From Takakia lepidozioides (taxonomy: Eukaryota; Plantae; Bryophyta), in contig CM060731.1 in NCBI GenBank assembly GCA_030704615.1, forward strand, positions 81,406,001 to 81,470,000: a stretch of DNA of 64,000 nt. The letters are read 5' to 3'. The notes under the pieces are model-generated. The model did no database searches. It was not told where the DNA came from and saw only the letters and a list, made by a program, of their open reading frames with translations. The position numbers were made by a program, and so were the translations under genes. Below, one piece after another: positions 13,155 through 24,804 of the stretch; the stretch's first letter is position 1; every line of letters begins with the position of its first letter.

Positions 13155-14978
13155 TAGCATAAAGCACGTGCATTACACTCCCGTGCAATGCACAGGCCTC
13201 GTTGTCCCGTGCATTCATGGAGAGTGCCCTGGCCAACGATGAATTCTACTTTTTAACAGCACGATAAATACAAAGAGAAAAAGTTGAAAATGCTTTATGT
13301 ATTCGTGGACCTCACTAATATATGTCTTCGTATAGATGCCAGGCGGAGGGTTTTCACACAGCACTCTCAGAGGGAGATCCTGATTTCTAGGGACTGGCTG
13401 CAGTCTGAGGATTCCAAACCCATTATGCTCTACCACTCCCAGAAGCAAATTCGTCAAGGGGAGATTCAATTCCCAGATACCCCACTTTGAATTAATCGGA
13501 TGCAACGACACCAGTGCAGCTGGCAACATTCTCGCTTACAGATTTGCAGTTGAATAAGAATGCAGGAGGTTCGAAAAACATTTTTAATGTTTCATATGTA
13601 CTTCAGCTGGCAATTATATCCAAGAGAAGCATCTTCTATGGAGGGGCCGCTTTGAGATGACCCCTGGTTTCTCGCAAATGAGCATCGAATTGGAGGGCGT
13701 CTCTATAGAAACAGAAAAGGAGTACACGCTCTGTATGCTTGGTTGTACCCTGTTCCCAGCGAAAGAGGTTGCAACGTTATGGTGCAATTGTTGTATCCTC
13801 GTCGACAATCTCTCATGGCCAAGTCACCAGCATTGCAGCTCCAGTGACAACCACTCTTTCAATCCTATCAATGTGTCATAGCAGATGGAGACATTTGCAG
13901 ATTATGAGTACACCGCATGAGCTCTCACAGCTGGAATTTGCAACGAGACTTGTCCCCAGAGTTCTTCAAAGACAGATACCTACCGAGGGCCTAAAGTTTT
14001 GCGAAGCTGCATTGTAAATTATTGTTGGACAGTGGCTAGATGTTGAGCTTTTTTGGCAATGCACCCAATCCAAGAATTTTGTTTCAAAATGGACCTCTAA
14101 AGGTGAGGGTTTGGCCACCATCCTTCAGCTTGTTGGTGTTTCCATTCTACCTCGCTCTGCTCAATCCTAGCATATTGCTGGGACCTTGGTGGAAATCCAG
14201 GTCCTGTTTTTACTGGGGAGGAGGAAAATTTGCATTTGTTGTCCTGATGTATGAAACATTGGCTCTGCAGGCTGTGCTAGAGACTGTGGCCAGAGTAACG
14301 CATGACAGGTCAAAAAAGGACGATATTGAAGAAGAGAAGTATGTGCTTTGAGACTGTTTCCTTGACATACTTTCTGAGAACCATTAAGAAGACTTTGTAC
14401 CCTAGTTGTAGCATGGCACAAAGGCATATCGGTCTAGTCTGTCTCCTCGTAGCACTTGTGATTCATTTGGTGAAGTGTTATGTGGGCATATTTTGCATTT
14501 ACTGCTAAATGGATTTTAGGGCTTCATGAACTTGAATTGTAGCTTACTGGTTGTGGTGGGTGGTTGTTGGGGGCATGTTTTTTTGACCGAAATGTAACAA
14601 TGGCCCCTTTGCTTCTCAACAGTGGGACCACAAAATCGTTTCAATTTCAATATTTAATCAATTTGGACTCCGAAACAGACTCTGATGAACTGCCCACTCT
14701 CATCGACAAAAAGGTAGGTTGACAATTGACACTATCTCATTCTTGCCGCATAACACTTATTTTTGGAGAAGATGGGAGCTTTGCCGGTACGGTCGTCGGG
14801 GATGGCTGTACCGACGACGTTCGGGCAGGGCGTGCTGTCAAATCCCCACCTCCCGTTGCTGAATGGCTTATCAATCCTCTCTTTCTTTTCTCTCTCTTGC
14901 TCGCACTTGAGCAGGTAGCCGAGTGGTTGGGTGTTTGTGCCTTGCCTGTGCATAACCTAGGTGATCCTCGGTTCAATC

Positions 14979-15649
14979 CAGTGTTGGACTGGTATACCTG
15001 GTTTAACCTAGGTATGGAATACAAGTATGAATATATATATTAAGAACATACCAGTCGGGTATGAAAGAACCAATGTACCCATGTGATACACGTACTGGGG
15101 GAGTATGGCTTTAGGATTCCCCGCACACATACCATACCAGTCTCGGTATATGGAGGAATAGCATGGTCCCGATACCAGTATTGTAGTGAGTTCATGGCGA
15201 ATGGAGGTCGGTATGAGTATATGTTAGTATAGCTAGTTATATCCTGTACTACAATTTGGTTAATTCAAGGCTCCATGTTGCAATTTAGACTTCATTTGTT
15301 GTTTCGTGCTACTTTGGGTTACCTTTGCCTAGTGTTTCATGGCTTGGATTAAAATTAGCTATGTGCTAAATGACATTTATTCTGTGTATGGTGAGCTGTA
15401 GAAATACCATACCAGTGCTCATACCCCCCCCCCCCCCCCCCCCCCCCTCCCCCAGTATCACTACAGAGAAAGGGCAATACCAGTACCATACTCGTATACA
15501 GCCCAAAATACAACTATGCATACCAGATTCATACCCAAGATGCTCATACCTGTATAGATACCTATACCAGCCTGGTATGAAAAAGGGGTGGGACCCTTCA
15601 TACCAGGACCAGTCTGGTATTAAAAAATGGATATACCAGTCCAACACTA
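14979..15649. mobile_element. Non-autonomous hAT-type MITE
   Basis: TIRs CAGTGTTGGACTGGTATA / TATACCAGTCCAACACTA. 8-bp TSD GTTCAATC at 14971-14978 and 15650-15657. Many internal ATACC/GGTAT subterminal motifs. Confidence 0.9.
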
Positions 15650-16892
15650 GTTCAATCCTTCAACATGTTCCTTCAAACCGTCCATTGGGCCCTCGATGGC
15701 CTGTGTGCTGAGCAGTAGGCTCTGTAAATTCACTGGACGTTAAAGAAACTTTATCTTTATCTTTCTTTTCACCCTCACCATTTCCTCTTTCCTCATGGAG
15801 CTTCCAATTCCTTCAAAGTAGTTAATTATCCTTATTCTTTACTGATTAGGATTCCACGTCGCTACAGACAGCACCACAGAGGTTGGCATGGTACGTGATC
15901 ATTTTCCCTTGTTTGTCAAGTTATTTTACCACTAGTGTGAAACTAGCTGGGATTGGCCCAAGTATCAATCCAGGGGTCAAGGCAGATTTAGGCCCTGGAG
16001 TGGTTATCTTCACGGCAAACGCGGGAGGCTCATCTTTCTCGAGTTGAGCCTCACCGCGCCTAGCTATGGCGCCGTAGTGTGGATTCCCCATGGCGTGCGG
16101 TGCACTTGGCTTGACTTGTATTTGAGTGATGAGTTTATATATGCATGAGTTTATGCTTCAGCTTTGTGAGCTCGCATGAGCTTGTGCTTGTCTTCTTCTT
16201 CTTTATCACTCGAGAAAGATGAGTTCGTATCTGTGAGTGCCAGATACGAGTTAGTTGTAGCACTTGTGGTTTTTGCTTGAGGATGAGAGAAACCAGGTTG
16301 TTATGCAAGGAGCACCGTGGAACCCTTGGTTGTTAGAAGCGGAGGCAATGTGGGTTACGAGGTGGTAGACCTTGGCATTCGATCTTTAGCTTCAGAGATG
16401 AAAGCACCATGCTGCAGGTAATTCCAGAGCACCTTGATGGTTTCAGATTGTGTACATGCATGAGCAAGCACGATTGGGAAGAGGACTTGTCAAGAGCAAG
16501 TTATAGTGGCTTTGGTGGCAAAGCTGAGAACTGGACTTGGGAATGCGAGCTTTCATTGTGTGAAGGATTGCAAGACCAAGCAAAAGGGCTGATTTGGCTT
16601 GGGGCAAATTAGTGCACTTTGTGGAGTATGTTGAGATTGGGTTTCAATCTCGAGCTTCAGCATTGAGAGGGCTCTTGTCATGGCAAGAGCAGGGCTAGAA
16701 CAGGAGCTAAGAGGTGCGGCAAGGCCATGGAATGTGCACCTAGGGTTTCAGAGCTTGGAAGAAGAGCTCTTGCACCACAAGAGGAGTGTCTTGTGGTTGG
16801 AAATGTAAGCCTTAGGGTTTCAGGAGCTTGGCAAAGGCTGTGGAGTGCTTAGTCTTGTCTTAGAGAGCATCAAGGAGCCAAGGAGCCAAGAT

Positions 16893-17305
16893 AGGGGGCT
16901 GATACCTCTTGTGTGAAGAGGTTGCATATGTGGAGCATGTATTCAGCTCATTGAAGCTTCTATCTTCAAGCTTGGAGGGCAAGCAAGGAAGAGGGAAGGG
17001 CTGACTTCCCTTAAGTGAGGGCAATGCATGTGTGGAGCATGCTTTCAACCTGTTGAAGGCTTGTACTTTCAGGTTTGGGAGTGCAAGAAAGGAAGGAAGG
17101 GGCTGGTTTCCCTGTAGGGCATGTGTGGAGCATGCCTTCAGTCCATTGGGCTTTTGTTTTCAAGCTTTAGAGAACTAGAAGAGAAGGTAAGGGGCTGATC
17201 TGCTCTTATGTGACAGTCCGACACTTGTAGAGCGTATTCTGAGTTGGGGTTTCAACCTCAAGCCTAGATAGAGCATGGCTCTTGAAGTGGCAGGTGTAGG
17301 GGGCT
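16893..17305. repeat. Degenerate ~100-bp tandem repeat (about 4 units) upstream of the DNMT-carrying retroelement
   Basis: Recurrent GGGGCTGA...CATGTGTGGAGCAT...TTCAAGCTT...GAAGG blocks. Confidence 0.7.
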
Positions 17306-17646
17306 GGAATAGGCTCTAAGACAGATGCTATGGCCAAGGAAAATGCTTGAATGAGTGCTCACAAGGGCTGGAAACCAGCAAGGCTTGGTTGTTTGCCAAT
17401 GAGTTTAGTGGCGTGTTTGGGGAGTCTAAGTGAGAAAGAAGGCTTGGTTTGTGGCAACCATCTTCATCATGGCTTAGGGCTACTATTGGTGGTGTGTGGG
17501 AGCCGAAAGAGCAAGAATACCTTGCTGATTTCTTCACAGCTGCCATAGCTCGGTGCAAAGAAGCCTAGAGTCCAAGAGACACAAACCCTAGTTTGGCGTG
17601 GCTAAACTCCTTGGAGAAATGGCTAAACTGCCATGAGTGGCCATGG

Positions 17647-18105
17647 ATGGGGCTGTGATGGGCTATGAGGGGCTGTAACAGGCCGTGGCGGGCTGGGACA
17701 GGCTGTGGCCTGTGGCCTGTGGGGCTGTGACGGGCTGTGATGGGCTGTGAGGGGCTGTGACAGGCTGTGGCCTTTGGGGCTGTGACCCCTGTGACCTGAG
17801 TAGGGCTGTGACAGGCTGTGGCCTGTGCCTGTGGGGCTATGACGGGCTGTAATGGGCTGTGAGGGGCTGTGACAGGCTGTGCCTTGTGGCTTGTGGGGCT
17901 GTGTAGGGCTGTGACAGGCTGTGGCCTTGGGGTTGTGACCCCTGTGACCTTTGTAGGGCTGTGATAGGCTTGCCTGTGGCCTTTGGGGTTGTGATGGGCT
18001 GTGACAGACTGTGGCCTGTGGGGCTGTGACCCTGTGACCTGTGTAGGGCTGTGATGGGCTGTGACAAGCTGTGGCATGTGTGGGGCTGTGACGGCTGTGA
18101 CCAGT
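17647..18105. repeat. Minisatellite of GGGCTGTGA-type units with higher-order periodicity
   Basis: Dozens of GGCTGTG(A/G) units seen directly. Confidence 0.9.
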
Positions 18106-21100
18106 GATATGTGTGGGCCTGTGTTGGTCTGTGGTGGCTCGTGTTGACCTGTGGACGGCCTGTGCTGACTCGTGGAGGCATTGGTGGATTGCCTAAGGAC
18201 TGGCATGTGATCTTGAAGGCCGAATTTTGAAGCTCGTGGAGGGCGTATTTCATGATATTCCCATGGTCATGCAAGTGAGGGAAGAGATGAGAAAAAGAGT
18301 GTTGGGATGAGGGCATGATGGGGTTAGGCATTGCTTTAGCTTCTCTTCCTCGTAGTTTTCCACCCTCTCATTAGGCCAAGACCTTTCCGTAGGTGGAGGC
18401 AAGAGTCAGTCCGGGTTTGGGCTGGGGTGTCCTTGCAAGAGCAACACCGTGGAGTTGTTTTTGGTGTGGGGGAGTTGTCGTTCTGATTTCTTGTGTTTGG
18501 ATCCCCTCATACCTGCATGCTTGACTGTGCGCCATGTTAGTTTTGTGTGGGCGCTTGTTTTTATAGGTGATTGGTCCGGATTTGATCACCGGCCAGTCCT
18601 AGAGCATGCTGTCGATGGTGAGGCTGGGGTGATGACCAGTCAGACCATCATTATTTCTCATGTGGTGAGGTTGGAGGTGATGACCAGCCAACCATAGGAG
18701 TGCTTGCGGTGGATGCAGGCGCAGGTGTAGGCTATCTTAGGAACCTAGTATTCCAAACCATATGCCGCAACAGGTTCTCTACCCAGTTACCTTGTGGAGA
18801 GGGGGTTAGGGACATGTTCATGACTGGTTGAGTAACAGTTTGTCAACACGGAGGTGCCACTAGTTACTGGGGAGAGTGCCGGTTCGAGCACTAGCGATAC
18901 TAATGGGTACACGAGACGAGGTGTGCGGTCTAGGCCACCTTCACCTCCAGTGTCTTCTACGGAAGGTTCTGATTCGGATTGTGAATCAGGAGGACTCACC
19001 GGCGGTGCAAGTTGTTTCCTTGCCATTGTTGTGGGACACAATGGAGGAGATGTATGGAGCTACCAAGGGGCCACGAAGGTACTCTGGGCACCATCGAGTT
19101 GGATGATTTTATCCAAGAGTTTGATAGTTGGTGTGATTTGCAGCAAATGCGCAATCCACAACTATTTACGCCTTTCATGGCGTGGAAGGGGCTATTTCAG
19201 CACCTTGAGGGGCCACCTATGGATGATTACCATGAGTTCAGGCGGGGGCATGAGGTTGAGATCGAGGAGTGGAGGATGTACTGGTCACCCGACTATGTCT
19301 CCATCACTAGGGGCACTAGAGCCACGAGGGCAGTGGCTACACCTGCCGCTGCACCGGCAGCTTCAACAAGCAACAGTGGGACTAGTGGGACTAGTGGGAC
19401 TGGTGGTACCGTAGCTACAACGTCCACCCAAGCCACTACCGCACCAGCACCAGTACCCCGTGCCTGCCTTCAACTCTGTTGTGGAGTTCTTCGAAGAGTT
19501 GAGGATAGAGAAGTTGCAGAGCTTGCAAGAGTTCCAACGGAAGCCTACTGAGAGCTTGAGGGAGGCTTTCACTCGCATGAGGCGCTTGATAAATGTAACC
19601 CAAGGGGTTACGGAAGCTCAGGCAGTCCAATTCTGGTATGGGATATTAGACAAGGAGCTGAGGAGAAGGGTGCGGGATGCAACTTTCCTACAAGCGGCCC
19701 AACCCACCTTAGCAAATGTGTTTTTGCTGGCAGAGCGGATAGAGCTCAACATGGTGGAGGAACGAGTGGTCATGGTAGGATCTGCTAAGGAGACACCACG
19801 GGGTAGTGGTGCTCCTAGTCAACCAATACCTCAACGTGCTCAAGGCAACAACGGGGCTCAGATGAAGCTCAGGGAAGGATAGAGAGGACCTCAGATGCAG
19901 GGGTCTCTCCCTTCATTTGCAGGCCAACAACGGGCGGAGGTGGTGTGTTGGACATGTGGAGGACCCCATGTCAAGAAGGATTGCCCAGAGGGAGGCAAAG
20001 GGCCGGCACATGCACAGCCTGCACAGTTGCAGTGTGGGCATTGTGGCAAGCACGGGCATGGAGAGGCCCAGTGTTATGGTTTGCATCCCAACCGGCTTCA
20101 GCAGCTAGAGCAAAAGCTCGCTGCCATGGATACAGCTCAGGTGGTACCGGCTCCAAGGCCGGATGGTCCATCTCCTGCTCCTAAGGGAGGAGATATGGGA
20201 AGCATGGGATTCATGTGCGGAGCAGCACTACCACTAGTGCTGGTGGAGTCTGCCGCAGCCGTGACCCGAGGAGCAGCACGAGTTCCTGAGCCACGAGGTG
20301 CAGAGGTGGAGTTGGATCCATAGCGTGGGGAAGCAAGCCGTCAGGCCAGGCTTCCTCAGTCATTCACATTGGCGGAGACAGTGTCGACGCCATCCATGGC
20401 ACCTAGTTCTCGCCCGACTGTTACCGAGGCGGAGGTTACTATGCCATTGGAGAGAGCTACACGGGCAGCACCATTACCTAGTGTTGCCAAGGCTACGGCA
20501 GCTAGTATGTTGCTGGGAGTGGCCACATCTGTGTGTCAGGCTCCATTGTTCTCGGCTACCATGATTGCGACGCCGGGGGTAAGACCAGCTGAGGTGTTCA
20601 GGCTGGCAGCTACACTCTGTGAGAGTGGAGAGGTTACTTCATCTTCTACGGAGATAGTGGGAGGTGTAGTGTCGGAGGGATCCTCGGATTTGAGGGTCAA
20701 GACTGCCACGGCGGCGCCATGGCAAGCTGCAGCTGCCAGGTTGATGGAGCTGCCAGCCAGGCCAGCCATTGAGCGCGCCATGGTGACACCTGGAGTTGTC
20801 ATGTTAGACAACTAGGATGACATTTTTTGTTTGAGTAGACCGGCAGGCAAGAGGTACCGGCCACTGCGGGTCTTGTTGGACTCGGGAGCTCAGCCATCGA
20901 TGTTGGGCAGAGCTGCTATTACAGGCTTGGGCCTCACGGAGGCGGATATGGAGCCTTGTCCTTTCCAGATACAGACGTCTCTGGGAGGATTGGAGCAGGC
21001 TCGGGGCATGACACGGCGTGAGTTGGCTATCAGACTACGGCCGGATCACCCCACAGATGGCTCAGTGATGCAAGCCAAGACCATTGTTACAGACGCGGTC

Positions 21101-21586
21101 TCGTACGATGTCCTGGTTGGTGGGGTAGTGTTATACCCCATGGGCTTCACCCTGGATTTTTGGGAGGAGTCAGCTTCCTATAGGCCTGGATGGCAGTCAG
21201 AGGAGGGCCGGCGTGTGCAACTCCCTGTGACGTTTATAGGAGGAGTTGCGGTTGCCCAGCGGGGCAAGATGCCGATACTAGCAGCATTCACAACTGCAGT
21301 GACTTGGCCTGGAGAGTTGTTGGATGGCACCACCCATTCAGAGGATGTGTCACCTCTGGGAAAGCAGGATGATATGCATGGTATGGCGGAGTTGCTTGCC
21401 ATGGTTGCTCATACTCCATTGTGGGGCTCGAGCAAGGATTTGCAGCGGGTTGCTGATTGACGGATGCAACAAGCCTGGGTAGAGGCTTTTGTACCGTGAG
21501 GAGAGGAGGAGAGTGCGGGGATTGCACCAGGACCATCTCAGTTGTCACCATTGGATATCACACCTATTGTGTAGCAGTGTATCCAG

Positions 21587-22530
21587 ATGAAGGCATTTGT
21601 CTTCTGGACTTGTTTGGCGGGATCAGCACCGGATTGGCTGCTGTGTTACAGGCAGGTGTACGAGTTCGGCGTTACCTATATGTGGAGAGGGATGAGACTA
21701 CACAACGCGTTTCACTTCGTCATGTTGCTCAGTTGGTGCAGCAGTACCCTGAGTTGTTGCCGGTGTCTGCAGTTCGTGGATATCAGCAGGCCTAGCCAGT
21801 AGACATTTCGTTGCTGGGGGCGCAGGATTTGGAGCGGGTTGGCTCCATTGATCTGGTAGTGGCAGGTTGGCCCTGCCAAAGGCATTCATCAGCCGGGCAT
21901 GGCAATGGATTGCGAGACTCGAGGTCGGGTCTGTTTTGAGAGATGGTGCGGGTTTTGCGTCACTTGCAGCTTCATCAAGCTGTATCTCCAGCATACATCT
22001 TGGAGAATGTGCCACTGATGGGCGATTCTCGGGCCAGGGTGATGGCCAGTGTGCATCAAGTCCAGTCGTGGCTTGGGTCAGCAGTGTTGCTAGATGCAGC
22101 TACAGTGGGGTCACGGGCTCACCGTCCACGGCTATGGTGGACTAACTTGATGCCACCCGCACTGCTCAAGCGTGCATTTGATGGGGTGCAGCGGCCAGCA
22201 CACCTCACAGTGGATAGCATTTTGGACACAGGGAGGCAGTCTCAGCGTGTGAGACACGATGACCGTTCGCCTTTGGCAGTGGTCAACAAGGTGGGTCAAC
22301 CACGAGCAACATTACCTACACTGCTCAGCTTCCTAGGATCGCATGCTTTCCGGGATAGTGGACCTGGCCTCCTGTGGGATGCTCAGTTGCAGCAGTTAGT
22401 GGAGCCTAATGCTGACGAGCGTGAGCGGGCAATGGGTTTTACCACTGGTACCACGGCGGTGCCGTCTCTTTCTGAGGCATCACGTCGTCAGGTGTTGGGG
22501 CAAGCAAGGATCTCAATTGCTTGACCTGGA
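21587..22530 (+). pseudogene. C5 cytosine-specific DNA methyltransferase domain inside the Gypsy pol
   Basis: One reading frame through two stops (TAG 21793, TGA 21937): motif I LDLFGG, II YVERD, III DI, IV DLVVAGWPCQ (Cys codon 21874-21876), V DSRSGLF, VI YILENV (ENV 22003-22011), VIII AHRPRLWW, IX ERERAMGF, X LGQA. Confidence 0.92.
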
Positions 22531-23001
22531 TTATCAGCTTGGCTATGGTTGAGCAACGCAGAGTGCGGAATATACTTCCCTCGATGGTCTCTCTGCCTAC
22601 CGAGATGGTACAGGCAGAAAGTGGGGGCGAGCATGAGAGGACCACAGGGTGCAGGCATCCATGGCACACGTGGGAGGTGCTCGAGGTTCAAAGGGAGTTG
22701 GCAGCCAAGGCGGCGGTGATGGATGAGGTTGGGGATTTTTCTCAGGTTGAGGAAGTCCTCGAGGATGAGATGATGGGGCAGGATGAGGTCTTGTCATTTG
22801 ACTGAGCAGGCAGGGAGTACTGTTCAAGAGGTTGCAACATAGCAACCACTGGACGCACCCTCTACCTCTAAGCCCACTGGACTTAAGGTTGCAGTTACGG
22901 AGGACAATTGGGAGCCTGACATTGGACCCATTGTCACCGGAGGAGAGAGACGACGTATACGGCGGTTCCTGAGGGCTTACAGGAATTGCTTTGCCTTCAG
23001 T

Positions 23002-24165
23002 TTGAAGGACTTGGGAGCACTGAAGGGTCAAGAGATTCGTATTGAGTTGGCCACTGACACGCCAATCTTTCGGAGACCCTATAGATACAGTGACATGGAG
23101 AGGTCTTTGATTCAGATGAGGACTCAAGATCTCTGGGAGGCTGGTTTGGTGGAGCTATCTGGTGGAGAGTATGCTTCAGCCACAGTGATGCCAGCCAAGA
23201 AGGATGTCTGTGGCAATTGGACGGAGAGACGTATGTGCGGTGATTACCGGCCTGTAAATCGTCAGACCAAGTCCGATAAGTATGCCATGCCAACACCAGA
23301 TGAGATCTTTGATGCCATCGGGTATGCTAAGGTCTTTAGCACTTTGGATTTACGATCCGGATATCACCAGTTGCCGATCAAGGAGGCGGACAAGCAGAAA
23401 ACGACATTCTGGGGGATCAATGAGCACGGCAAGGATTGCCTATATCAGTGGCGGTTCTTACCATTTGGGCTTAAGAACGCTCCTGCAGAGTTTCAGAGAG
23501 TCATGGATAGGATTCTAGCAGGGGTGGACTTTGCTCGGTGCTACATAGATGACATCATCATCTTTAGTGCTACGATGGAGGAGCATGAGAGACACCTTCA
23601 GGTGGTATTGGAGCGTTTGAGAGCGCGCGGATTGAAATTGCATCCGGGGAAGTGCAAGTTTTTCCACAACCAGATTAAGTATCTGGGTCACATGATATAT
23701 CCTGGAGGATTGGAGGTACAGCAGACTAAGGTAGAGGCCATTGCACAAATTCCACGCCCCACGGATGTGAGCCGAGTTCGAGCTTTCATGGGGTTGGCAA
23801 ACTATTATAGATGGTTTGACAAGGGATTTAGTGTCATTGCAAAGGCTCTAACCAAGCTGATCAAGGTGGACCAGGAGTGGCAGTGGGAAGATGAGCAGGA
23901 ACAAGCTTTTCAAGAGCTCAAGGCGAGGTTGACCTCGGCGCCTATCCTAAGACGACATATCAGGGGGCATCCCTTTCAGCTGCATACGGATTGGAGCATG
24001 CTGGGGCTCGGAGCGGTGCTCACACAAGTGGATGATGAGAGAAGAGAGTTCGTAGTGGCTTATGCTAGACGCTCGAACAACGCTGCAGAGGCTAAGTACA
24101 GCTCATATGAAGGAGAGTGCTTAGCTGCAGTGTGGGCCGTGGCACACTTCAGGTGCTATCTATAA
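23002..24165 (+). CDS. Reverse transcriptase / RNase H portion of the Gypsy pol (open fragment)
   Basis: 387-aa ORF with canonical Ty3/Gypsy RT and RNase H motifs. Confidence 0.9.
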   Translation: MKDLGALKGQEIRIELATDTPIFRRPYRYSDMERSLIQMRTQDLWEAGLVELSGGEYASATVMPAKKDVCGNWTERRMCGDYRPVNRQTKSDKYAMPTPDEIFDAIGYAKVFSTLDLRSGYHQLPIKEADKQKTTFWGINEHGKDCLYQWRFLPFGLKNAPAEFQRVMDRILAGVDFARCYIDDIIIFSATMEEHERHLQVVLERLRARGLKLHPGKCKFFHNQIKYLGHMIYPGGLEVQQTKVEAIAQIPRPTDVSRVRAFMGLANYYRWFDKGFSVIAKALTKLIKVDQEWQWEDEQEQAFQELKARLTSAPILRRHIRGHPFQLHTDWSMLGLGAVLTQVDDERREFVVAYARRSNNAAEAKYSSYEGECLAAVWAVAHFRCYL

Positions 24166-24691
24166 GACAATCTCTTCACCTTTGTCACGGATCACCAGCC
24201 ATTCAAATAAATGATGGAGTCAGACAAGCTTACGGGGAAGCTTGCACGGTGGGCACTCATACTCCAGGAGTATGACTTTCAGGTTGTGCATCGACCGGGT
24301 TTGGTCAATCGGGGATGCGGATGGATTGACTCGCAATCCATGCACGAGCCAGCAAGATGACACTGGAGCTCGATGGCATGGTGAGACGGACGAGGAGATG
24401 GTGCCGGGATGACATGCATCTGCCTTTTTGTGTATCTTGGCATCGGGAGATCAGGTTGGACCTACAACAGGGATGACTGTAGATGGAGTGTCTGAGGACC
24501 CTGAGGCTAGTGATGAGCCAGGTGGTACCCGAGATATACATGAGGATTCGGCTGTGTTGGACTACCTCCGTACTGGAGACACGGCAGCCACTGTGACTGC
24601 CAAGGAGAGGGATCGGATCCTGCAACGAGCCAAGAGGTTCGAGTGGGAGGGTACACCTGCTCCGAGTATGGGAGGATGGTCGGGTGAGGAT

Positions 24692-24804
24692 TGGACTAGT
24701 GACTGCCATAGTGGGCACCATAGTGGCAGCCTAGTGACTGACTAGTTGTAGCCTAGTGGCTGGACTAGTGGCTGGACTAGTGGTGGACTAGTGGGATACT
24801 AGTG
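24692..24804. repeat. Short tandem array of (GGA)CTAGTG units at the truncation point of the retroelement
   Basis: Repeated CTAGT(G) motifs seen directly. Confidence 0.75.

Larger units (their letters stand above)
18854..24700 (+). mobile_element. Decayed Ty3/Gypsy retrotransposon: gag - two Zn knuckles - aspartic protease - C5 DNA methyltransferase - RT - RNase H; integrase and 3' LTR absent
   Basis: Gag (EKLQSLQEFQRKPTESLREAF); CWTCGGPHVKKDC and CGHCGKHGHGEAQC; protease LLDSGA (Asp codon at 20879); [35 protein letters not shown] (23542-23553); RNase H LHTDWS...YSSYEGECLAAVWA. Disrupted by stops and frameshifts. Confidence 0.92.

Noticed and set aside
13284-14508. Cluster of short plus-strand ORFs
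   Set aside because: No recognisable motif or coherent exon chain.
16067-16085. TGGCGCCGT as a tRNA-Asp PBS for the DNMT-Gypsy element
   Set aside because: Only 9 nt match and no LTR end is identifiable before it.
17647-18105. CRISPR-like array
   Set aside because: Eukaryotic context, no unique spacers, no cas genes.
17565-18331. Minus-strand 213-aa and 164-aa repetitive ORFs
   Set aside because: By-products of the stop-free GGGCTGTGA minisatellite.
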